From positions 26,050-90,049 of the forward strand of contig JAHKAM010000063.1 in NCBI GenBank assembly GCA_018826515.1: DNA of 64,000 nt. The letters are read 5' to 3'. Of this stretch, positions 17,783 to 24,528 are shown one piece after another. Made by a program: the position numbers and the translations under genes. The notes below the pieces were generated by a model. That model was not told the DNA's origin and searched no databases. It saw only the letters and a list, made by a program, of their open reading frames with translations. The DNA is from Alphaproteobacteria bacterium. GTDB lineage: Bacteria > Pseudomonadota > Alphaproteobacteria > Caulobacterales > Caulobacteraceae. Every line of letters begins with the position of its first letter. Positions within the stretch are counted from its first letter, which is position 1.

Positions 17783-20154
17783 AGGCTTCTCCTTTGCTCG
17801 TGGAAGGGGGCGCGCCACTGCGCATAGTCGTCGCCGACCTCGGCCCGCAGGCGGTCCAGAAGGGCGACCGTTCCAGCGCGGCCGGACAGCACGGCGAGGG
17901 CGTCGTCCATGCCGCCGAGGTCGAGTTCGACCACGACGCTGTCGTGGCCCTGCTTGACGAGGAAGCGGTGGGACTCCGGCGTCAGCTCCTCACGGACGAG
18001 GCGGAACTCTTCGCGGGTCAGGCCGAAGCCGTCGATGTAGTCCCGCGCCTGGCCATGGGCGTTCGGCAGGAAGATCTGGGTCGCGCACTGCTCGAGGATC
18101 GCGTGGGCGATCGGCGACCGCAGTGCATCGGCGGGCGACTGGGTGCCGAACACCATGAAGGCGTTCTGCTTGCGCCAGGTCTTCAGCCCGTCCTGGGCCA
18201 GGTCGGTGAAGGCGGAGTCGCCCAGAACCTTCCAGAATTCGTCGATGTCCAGAACCAGACGGCGGCCGTCCACCCGTTCGGCGATGCGATGGAAGAGATA
18301 GAGCATCGCTGGCGTGCGGACCTCGTCGTGGTCCAGAACCTGGGTGATGTCGAAGCCGGTGAACCGGGCGCCGAGGCTGAGCGCGTCCTCGTCATTGTCG
18401 AGCACCCAGCCGAGAGGCCCGCCCTTCTGCCAGCGTTCCAGGCGCGCGCCGATGCCCCCGGCGTCGGCCTGGCCCAGCAGGCTGCGCAGGGCCGCGACCG
18501 AGCGGCGTTCGCGCGGCAGGGCTTCGAGCGCGCTGACGCCGTCGTCGATGGCGCGCGCCTGTGCGACCGTCAGCGTCTCGTCCGGTCGGGCCACAAGGGT
18601 GCGGATCAGGCGCACGAGGAAGGCCCGGTTGGCGGCCGAGGGCGACAGCGCCTTGAAGGGGGCGAAGCCGGTCGGCTCTCCGTTGCGAAGCGCCAGATAG
18701 GTCCCGCCGCTGGCCCTGACGAAGATCTCCGCGCCTCGATCCTTGTCGATGAAGAGCTGCTGGGCGCCGAACCGCTCGAGTTGGGCGAGCATGAAGTTCT
18801 GGACGACTGTCTTGCCGGATCCCGAGGGGCCGCAGATGAAGGTGTGGCCCAGGTCGCCGACGTGGAAGTTGAAGTGGAAGGGTGAGCCGGCCGTGGTGCG
18901 CAGCACCGCAACGGCCGGCCCCCAGTGATTGCCCTCGGCCTTGCCGACCGGGTGGGCGTGAAGAGGCGCAAGCGCCGCGAAATTGCGCGAGGTGATCGCG
19001 GCCGGCCGGGTGCGTCTGGAGAAGACGCCGGGGAACTGGGACCAGAAGGCCGCTTCCAGCCCGAGATCCTCCCGCGCGACGACGAGGCCGGAATCGGCGA
19101 GCACCGCGCGGGCCTTGGACAGATGGTCCGCGAGGGCCGACGGCGTCTCGCCGTGGATCAGGACGGAGGCCTGATGCTCGCCCATGACGAACCGATTGCT
19201 GGTCAACTCGTCCAGGGCGTCTGACAGGCCCTCGATCTGCGATCCGGCGCGATCGCGCGCCGAGACCATCTGGTTCTGCTTGCGCTCCATCACCGCGCGG
19301 GCAGCGGCTTTCGACAGGAAGGCGAAGGACTGCGACATGACGAAGCCGAACCGGGCGTTCAGCAGGGCGTCCCAGAGACCCGGCCGTGTCGTCGCCGGAT
19401 ACTCCTTGATAGCCAGCACCCCGCCAAACCGCTCCCCGGCCGCGTCGCGCAGCTCCAGGATCTCGCGGCCGAAGATCGTGCGGACGGTGTAGATCGCCGC
19501 TCCGAGGTGGCCGTGGACGAGCGGCGCGGCGAACCGGCGCCCGGTCAGGATCAGACCCATGACCTCCAGAGGCTCGGAGAACCAAAGTCCGCTCTTCTCG
19601 TAGAGGCCCAGGGACCGCGGCGTATAGCGATCGAGGTACTGCGCCAGGTCGCGCCCGGCCTCCTCGAGACGCCTCACCTGGGCCGTCATGACCTCGCCGT
19701 CGTCCCGGCGAGCCTGACGCAGGCGCCGCATCATGGCCGCGGCGCGATCCGCGCCGTCGCGTCCCGGATGCAGGACCAGGGTCACGAACAGCTCGTTGAC
19801 CCAGAGCCGGCGGCTGGCCATCCGAGCGTCATAGGCCTCGGCAAGACCGGCAGCGAAGGCCGAGGCATGGCCCGTCGACGGCGAAGGTTCGACCTCGCGG
19901 CGGACGACGTGGTGCCAGACCGCCAGCCGGTCGTCAGCGAGATTCCGCCACGCCTGGTTGAGCTTGACGTGCCAGTCGTTCAGGTCGAGCGCATCAGCGG
20001 TCTCGAAACTGGCGCCGGCGACCTGGAACACCATCATCAGGGCGCCGCTGTCCAGCGCGACCACATGGTCGTTCACATGGCGCGCATAGGGGAGCTGGGC
20101 CCGGAACTCGGTCTCCCGGCGCAGGCGGGACGATGGCGCGCCGCCGTCACCCAC
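17779..20154 (-). CDS. virB4: VirB4 ATPase
   Basis: FICGPSGSGKTV Walker A and RLVLDIDEFW Walker B. The GTG at 20154 is preceded by GGAGG. The N-terminal 78 codons of the track ORF overlap virB3 and are rejected. Confidence 0.9.
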   Translation of the reverse strand: MGDGGAPSSRLRRETEFRAQLPYARHVNDHVVALDSGALMMVFQVAGASFETADALDLNDWHVKLNQAWRNLADDRLAVWHHVVRREVEPSPSTGHASAFAAGLAEAYDARMASRRLWVNELFVTLVLHPGRDGADRAAAMMRRLRQARRDDGEVMTAQVRRLEEAGRDLAQYLDRYTPRSLGLYEKSGLWFSEPLEVMGLILTGRRFAAPLVHGHLGAAIYTVRTIFGREILELRDAAGERFGGVLAIKEYPATTRPGLWDALLNARFGFVMSQSFAFLSKAAARAVMERKQNQMVSARDRAGSQIEGLSDALDELTSNRFVMGEHQASVLIHGETPSALADHLSKARAVLADSGLVVAREDLGLEAAFWSQFPGVFSRRTRPAAITSRNFAALAPLHAHPVGKAEGNHWGPAVAVLRTTAGSPFHFNFHVGDLGHTFICGPSGSGKTVVQNFMLAQLERFGAQQLFIDKDRGAEIFVRASGGTYLALRNGEPTGFAPFKALSPSAANRAFLVRLIRTLVARPDETLTVAQARAIDDGVSALEALPRERRSVAALRSLLGQADAGGIGARLERWQKGGPLGWVLDNDEDALSLGARFTGFDITQVLDHDEVRTPAMLYLFHRIAERVDGRRLVLDIDEFWKVLGDSAFTDLAQDGLKTWRKQNAFMVFGTQSPADALRSPIAHAILEQCATQIFLPNAHGQARDYIDGFGLTREEFRLVREELTPESHRFLVKQGHDSVVVELDLGGMDDALAVLSGRAGTVALLDRLRAEVGDDYAQWRAPFHEQRRSL

Positions 20155-20482
20155 GGAGAACCTCCACCGGCCGGTAGCGGCGGACGAGCGGGAGGGGAGA
20201 CACCGAACTGCCGCCCCACAGGGCGCCGTTCCGGCACCGGCCCTTGGTGTCCACATAGAGGAACAGGAGGCGGAAGGCGTTGTGGTCCGCCCGGCAGATC
20301 GCCCGGAACACCAGGTGCAGGGCCGGCGCCACGAGCAGATAGAGGAGGCTGCCGCCGACGAGGAAGACGACCCCCGACAGGATGACATTGACCCCCATGG
20401 CCTCCATCGGCACGCCCATCACCATCGCGGGACGGGTGCAGGCCAGGAACAACGGGTCCTCGGTGAGACGTTCCTCAGCCAT
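20147..20482 (-). CDS. virB3: VirB3
   Basis: DPLFLACTRPAMVMGVP, then a TM helix. Length is 111 aa. Position is upstream of virB4. Confidence 0.8.
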   Translation of the reverse strand: MAEERLTEDPLFLACTRPAMVMGVPMEAMGVNVILSGVVFLVGGSLLYLLVAPALHLVFRAICRADHNAFRLLFLYVDTKGRCRNGALWGGSSVSPLPLVRRYRPVEVLRG

Positions 20483-20657
20483 GGGCGCCGCCCTCCATCA
20501 TCCAGGATCCGGCGACCACCAGGGCGATCCCGCAGGCGCCCCCGGCGACGCTCTGGGCGAACCGTTTGGGCGAGAGGAGGCCGAGCCCGAGCGCCAGGCA
20601 CAGGGCCAGGAAGGCCGAGGTCGCCCCGATCGTCAGAAGTAGGCCGGGCGAGGGCAT
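20475..20657 (-). CDS. Small two-TM membrane protein (60 aa) between virB2 and virB3
   Basis: MPSPGLLLTIGATSAFLALCLALGLGLL...GGACGIALVVAGSWMM. It forms an ATGA overlap with the virB2 stop and overlaps the virB3 start. No homology was recognised. Confidence 0.4.
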   Translation of the reverse strand: MPSPGLLLTIGATSAFLALCLALGLGLLSPKRFAQSVAGGACGIALVVAGSWMMEGGAHG

Positions 20658-20980
20658 CAGGCGCCGCCCGTGATCAGATTGACGATCTCCGCCGCGCCGA
20701 AGACCACGACGATGCCGAGGACGACGATCGCCGCGCGTCGCAGATCGAACAGGCCGAACATCCAGAGGATGCCGACGACGACGACCGCGAGGACGGCCAG
20801 CAAACGGGCGGTATTGCCCGTCAGCATGTCGACCACATTCTGGAGGAGGCCCTCGACATTGGCCGAGGCCATGGCCGGCTGAGCGGACAGGGCGGTGGCG
20901 GCCAGGGCGATGGCCAGGGTCGCCGCCAGAGTGTGGGAAGGGCGGCGCGCGGACGCGATCGGGCTCATCGGGATCACCAT
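20657..20980 (-). CDS. virB2: VirB2/TrbC pilin
   Basis: Long signal peptide ending in AMA, then NVEGLLQNVVDMLTGNTARLLAVLAVVVVG and a second TM helix. This is the pilin architecture. Confidence 0.75.
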   Translation of the reverse strand: MVIPMSPIASARRPSHTLAATLAIALAATALSAQPAMASANVEGLLQNVVDMLTGNTARLLAVLAVVVVGILWMFGLFDLRRAAIVVLGIVVVFGAAEIVNLITGGA

Positions 20981-21600
20981 TCGGCTGAGGTTGAGAAGAC
21001 GACGACGCCGGCCCGCGCCCGGCCGAAGACATCCCAGGGCGGCGCGGGCGGGGACACCGGCTCCGGCGAGGCCGCGACGGCGGTTGTTTCGAGAGGGGGA
21101 GCGACGTCCCGGAGGATCGGCGGCGCCATCAGGCTCAGCCGGACAGCCGCGGCCTCCACCCGCCCGACATAGCCGTTGTCGAAACCCCGCCGGGCGTCGC
21201 CGGTGTTGTAGCGGGACAGGGCGACCCGCAGGGCCGACTGGCGGTCGGACGGCGTACTCCCGGAAACCCGGTATCCGGCCTTCAGCACGGTCGCCGCCGC
21301 CGCCAGATTGCGGCAGGGGTCGAAGGCGTCCTCGACCGACAGGTCCAGCCAGTCGAGATTGCTGCTGTTGATCTGGGCGAGCCCGAGATCGATGTTGGCG
21401 CCGCGCGCCAGAAGCGACCGGGCGGTCCGCGCCGCTTCCCGGGCGTCCCGGGATCGCACGGGCGCCGGGCCGCCGCGATTGACGCCGATCGCCAACGGAT
21501 CGAACCGGCTTTCGACATGGGCGATCGCCGCGAGCGTCTCGGGCGCGACCGACGGGGCGCAAGCCTGCGACAAGGCGAGGACGGCGGCGAGTTCGAGCAT
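20974..21600 (-). CDS. virB1: VirB1 lytic transglycosylase
   Basis: AAIAHVESRFDPLAIGVN carries the SLT catalytic Glu motif. Confidence 0.85.
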   Translation of the reverse strand: MLELAAVLALSQACAPSVAPETLAAIAHVESRFDPLAIGVNRGGPAPVRSRDAREAARTARSLLARGANIDLGLAQINSSNLDWLDLSVEDAFDPCRNLAAAATVLKAGYRVSGSTPSDRQSALRVALSRYNTGDARRGFDNGYVGRVEAAAVRLSLMAPPILRDVAPPLETTAVAASPEPVSPPAPPWDVFGRARAGVVVFSTSAEW

Positions 21601-21676
21601 GGAGCCTCCAGCGAGAAGGCTTCACCTCAGCAGGAGCGGTGGTTCGCGGACCACCCGCGAGATTCCCGTGGGAGAT

Positions 21677-21940
21677 TTACGGTAGGAAGGAGCGCGGTTC
21701 CTCGAGGGCGCGCGTGACCTTGGCGAGTTGCGCCACGGCCTGGATCCGGGTGCGCACGCCGAGGACCTCGCAGGCCGCCGCCAGATGCTCGTCCACCGTG
21801 CGGGGAGAGATCCCGATCTGCTCGGCGATGCCTGGGGAGGAGAGGCCCGTGGCGGCCAGCCGCAGACAGGCGATCTGCCGGTCGGACAGGTCGTCGATCG
21901 ACGACGCGGATGCGCCCGGCGATGTCGGGACGAGGGACAT
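21677..21940 (-). CDS. LuxR/GerE-type HTH protein (DNA-binding domain only, 87 aa)
   Basis: LSDRQIACLRLAATGLSSPGIAEQIGISPRTVDEHL. Confidence 0.75.
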   Translation of the reverse strand: MSLVPTSPGASASSIDDLSDRQIACLRLAATGLSSPGIAEQIGISPRTVDEHLAAACEVLGVRTRIQAVAQLAKVTRALEEPRSFLP

Positions 21941-21990
21941 GCCTCATGAAGCCGCGCCTTCGCGTCGCTGGGAAGCCCGTGAGACTGGCG

Positions 21991-22004
21991 CCGTAGATCT
22001 ACGG
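21991..22004. promoter_or_regulatory. Perfect 14-bp palindrome CCGTAGATCTACGG upstream of the luxR-type gene
   Basis: Read directly. It shares CCGTAG-N2-CTACGG half-sites with the 18-bp palindrome at 6301-6318. Confidence 0.35.
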
Positions 22005-22030
22005 TCGGTCGTTGCGCTCCGGTGGCGAAG

Positions 22031-22513
22031 TCAGGTCCCTTCGTCCCGGATTGGCCGCATCAAACGGGTGCGTCGCTCCTCGAGCCAGGCATCGGCCTCG
22101 GCGTCACGGTGAACCGACTGGACGGCCAGATCTCTCAGGGTCTTGGTGAAGGTGTTGATCAGGGTCCGGGCGTCGAGGTCGTTGATCGCATCGCCGGCTT
22201 CCTCGTCGAACTCCTGGAGCACCACGACCAGAATGGTCGCAAGTTTGTTGTCGGCGCACCGCAAGGCGAAGTCGGGAGAGCCCAGGGCGAGGGCGGCGAT
22301 AATGCCGTGGGGGTCACTGTCCGTGACTTCGGCGAACCGGTGGATCCGCTCGATGTTGATCCGGCCCGCGCCGGACTCGAAATGCTCGTAGGATCGCAGG
22401 GCCATGTTCATTCCCTGGGCCACATCGATCGTGCGCATACGCCTGTGCGTGCGGATCAGGCGCAGGCTGGTGGAGAGGACGGCGTTCGGCGTCAGGGGGT
22501 GCTGGGAGTCCAT
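22031..22513 (-). CDS. XRE-family HTH regulator
   Basis: LRLIRTHRRMRTIDVAQGMNMALRSYEHFESG is an HTH_3-like segment. Confidence 0.7.
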   Translation of the reverse strand: MDSQHPLTPNAVLSTSLRLIRTHRRMRTIDVAQGMNMALRSYEHFESGAGRINIERIHRFAEVTDSDPHGIIAALALGSPDFALRCADNKLATILVVVLQEFDEEAGDAINDLDARTLINTFTKTLRDLAVQSVHRDAEADAWLEERRTRLMRPIRDEGT

Positions 22514-22753
22514 CTGTCAGTCTATGCCCCCGCCATCCACATCACGCGATCAAAACCTCCGCACCCCTACAGGTTGAAAAATGCCTCAGCCATGCGTCAA
22601 ATGAAACCCTAGAAATATCAACGACGTAAAAGCTGCGGACATGACGCAAGTTTATTGCGGAACCCATCATAGGCGCCACTCACCCGCGCAGGCGACCCTC
22701 TTGCGGGCGGTCGTCCATCTACGGGGCGTTCCTCCCCATCAGGTGCGATCCGA

Positions 22754-23320
22754 TTGAGACAGCGCGATCCCTTCGGCATGGCCATGGCAAGCCTGCGAAC
22801 AGCCCTCGAGGAGGGTCTTGCGCCGGGCCAGCATCTGTCTGTCGCGGACATCGCGGCCTCGCTCAAGCTGAGCACCAGCCCCGTCCGGGAGGCGCTCTCC
22901 CGGCTCTGTGGCGAGGGACTGATCGAGGATCGCAGGGGGCTCGGATACTTCACCCGCGCCGCACCGTTTGAGGACATCATCGGTCTGCTGGATCTCGAGG
23001 CGGCCCATGTGCGCCTCGCGGCGCGAGACGGCTTGGTTCCGGGACCCCACGATGCGGCCAACGCGGTTGTCGATCTCTGGATCCTGGAGGTGGTCGCCCG
23101 CTGCGAGAACCAGCCGCTCGTTGAAAGCCTCGTGAGGGTCAGACGTCGCTTGGGGCCCCTGCGCCGGCTGGGCGAGGCGCTGCTGGATGAGGACACGCCG
23201 CAGTCGGATGATCGGCTCGACGCCTACTATGCCCGGTGGCGGGTCGCGGCGGGTCGGCTCGCCGCCCATGTCCGACGCCTCGACCCAGACCTCTCCGAAT
23301 ACACGCGCAATATTGTTTGA
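22754..23320 (+). CDS. GntR-family regulator with an FCD-like C-terminal domain (the start may be at 22778 or 22784)
   Basis: LSVADIAASLKLSTSPVREALSRLCGEGLIEDRRGLGYF. Confidence 0.75.
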   Translation: MRQRDPFGMAMASLRTALEEGLAPGQHLSVADIAASLKLSTSPVREALSRLCGEGLIEDRRGLGYFTRAAPFEDIIGLLDLEAAHVRLAARDGLVPGPHDAANAVVDLWILEVVARCENQPLVESLVRVRRRLGPLRRLGEALLDEDTPQSDDRLDAYYARWRVAAGRLAAHVRRLDPDLSEYTRNIV

Positions 23321-23352
23321 ATCGATTTGCGATAGGGCGCTGATGGTGCGTC

Positions 23353-23373
23353 GTCGACCTTCTGTCGACCTTC
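23353..23373 (+). repeat. Tandem direct repeat GTCGACCTTC-t-GTCGACCTTC just upstream of the precursor-gene RBS (candidate GntR operator)
   Basis: Read directly. Each unit contains the palindrome GTCGAC (a GT..AC core). The repeat period is 11 bp. Confidence 0.45.
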
Positions 23374-23390
23374 AGAAAGAGGAGACGACC

Positions 23391-23519
23391 ATGACCACCA
23401 AGAGCATCTCGCGCCTCGTTCGCCTGGGCGCCGCTCGCCAGCTCACCCGCGCCAACTCGCGCGGCGAATTCGACGAGCTGAATCCCGTGCTGAAGTACAC
23501 GATTCCGCCGACCGAATGA
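23391..23519 (+). CDS. Lasso peptide precursor A1 (42 aa)
   Basis: MTTKSISRLVRLGAARQLTR|ANSRGEFDELNPVLKYTIPPTE. An AGAGGAGA RBS precedes the gene. Thr sits at -2 of the predicted cleavage site and Glu9 is the ring acceptor. B and C genes follow downstream. Confidence 0.75.
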   Translation: MTTKSISRLVRLGAARQLTRANSRGEFDELNPVLKYTIPPTE

Positions 23520-23525
23520 GCGGAC

Positions 23526-23554
23526 GGGCCGCTTCGGCGGCCCGGACGTCCGGG
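23526..23554 (+). other. Two GC-rich hairpins downstream of precursor A1
   Basis: GGGCCGC-ttcg-GCGGCCC at 23526-23543 and a 14-bp palindrome CCCGGACGTCCGGG at 23541-23554. Confidence 0.5.
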
Positions 23555-23611
23555 CTGGGCCTCGCCCCGGACCCCGCGATCAGAGGCGTTTTTCGTGAAG
23601 GAGATGGATCA

Positions 23612-23737
23612 ATGAAGATCCGGACCGACGCGCCGATCCTGCGACTGGGGGCCGCTCGCCGGCTGACCCGGGCCATCGCGATGGGGCCGTTCACCGAACT
23701 GAATCCGGCCCGGCACTGGACCATGCCGCCCGAATGA
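23612..23737 (+). CDS. Lasso peptide precursor A2 (41 aa)
   Basis: MKIRTDAPILRLGAARRLTR|AIAMGPFTELNPARHWTMPPE. It has a GAAGGAGA RBS. The leader core LRLGAAR(Q/R)LTRA is shared with A1. Confidence 0.75.
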   Translation: MKIRTDAPILRLGAARRLTRAIAMGPFTELNPARHWTMPPE

Positions 23738-23744
23738 TCCCGAA

Positions 23745-23767
23745 GGGGTCGCCCTCCCGGCGACCCC
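23745..23767 (+). other. Stable hairpin between precursor A2 and the B gene (candidate attenuator or mRNA stabiliser)
   Basis: Perfect 9-bp stem GGGGTCGCC / GGCGACCCC with a 5-nt loop. There is no clear U-tract. Confidence 0.5.
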
Positions 23768-23816
23768 CGACGGCCCCCGCTTTGGGTGGGCCCTTGTCGA
23801 CCTGTGGAGTCGCCTT

Positions 23817-24527
23817 ATGCCGCCTCGCGTCCCTTTCGACCGACGGGCCCCCGCCATGGGGGTCTCCGCGTCTGGGCATCGTCTCGATGGTGGGGAGCGA
23901 CAGGGCGCTTCCCTGGCCGAGGGGCTTTACGCCGTGCAGATCGGAGGCGACCTCGTCCTCCTCGACCTCAACGCAGACGACTATCTCTGCCTCCCGGAGT
24001 GCGGGGACATCGCTGTCGCCGGCCGCAGTGTCGCCGGTCCGATGGACGCGCTTCTGCGCCTTGCAGCGGAAGAGCTCCTGCATCCCAACCAGGTCGAGGA
24101 CGAACGACCGGATGCGCCGACGCTCCCGTCCACCCGCCTTCCGGCGCCGCCGCGGATCAGGCCCGGCCTTCGCGACATCCTGGTCTTTGCCCGCATATGG
24201 GCCGAATGCGCAGGGCGCCGGTCGACACTGCTTGAGCTGAAGCGACGCCACACCGGCCGCCGCGGGCGCCGGGACGACCCTTCCGCGCTCGCCTCCAGGG
24301 TCGAGGTGTTCCGCCAACTCTTGCCCTTCGCACCAGTGACCGGGGCCTGCCTGTTGCAGGCCGAGATGCTCCTCCGCTTTCTCAATGCGGACGGCCTCGA
24401 CGCCGACTGGGTATTCGGCGTGAGGACGTTCCCCTTCCTCGCCCACTGCTGGATCCAGTGTGGAGATCAATGCGTCAGCGAGGCGCCGGAGACCCTGACC
24501 GTCTATCGCCCGATCATGGTGATCTGA
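23817..24527 (+). CDS. Lasso peptide maturation protein B (fused PqqD-like RRE B1 plus transglutaminase-like cysteine protease B2)
   Basis: LYAVQIGGDLVLLDLNADDYLCL is the RRE-like part. VTGACLLQAEMLLRFL and FGVRTFPFLAHCWIQCGD carry the Cys/His protease motifs. Confidence 0.85.
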   Translation: MPPRVPFDRRAPAMGVSASGHRLDGGERQGASLAEGLYAVQIGGDLVLLDLNADDYLCLPECGDIAVAGRSVAGPMDALLRLAAEELLHPNQVEDERPDAPTLPSTRLPAPPRIRPGLRDILVFARIWAECAGRRSTLLELKRRHTGRRGRRDDPSALASRVEVFRQLLPFAPVTGACLLQAEMLLRFLNADGLDADWVFGVRTFPFLAHCWIQCGDQCVSEAPETLTVYRPIMVI

Positions 24528-24528
24528 C

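Larger units (their letters stand above)
1952..22513. mobile_element. Conjugative-element backbone (ICE or plasmid cannot be distinguished): leading region, MOB module, T4CP, MPF-T type IV secretion genes and regulators
   Basis: Contains DUF736, ArdC, MobC, relaxase, VirD4 and VirB1-B11 homologues in canonical order. No integrase or replication genes are visible, so the limits are arbitrary. Confidence 0.6.

Noticed and set aside
21638-21655. Hairpin GGTGGT-N6-ACCACC between the luxR-type gene and virB1 as an intrinsic terminator
   Set aside because: The stem is short (6 bp) and no U-tract follows on the transcribed (minus) strand. It cannot be distinguished from chance in GC-rich DNA.
23463-23519. 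Alternative lasso core starting at the internal Gly (GEFDELNPV... and GPFTELNPA...)
   Set aside because: With Gly as residue 1 there is no Asp or Glu at positions 7-9 in either peptide. The conserved Thr would then not be at the -2 position. The Ala1/Glu9 register satisfies both rules for both precursors.
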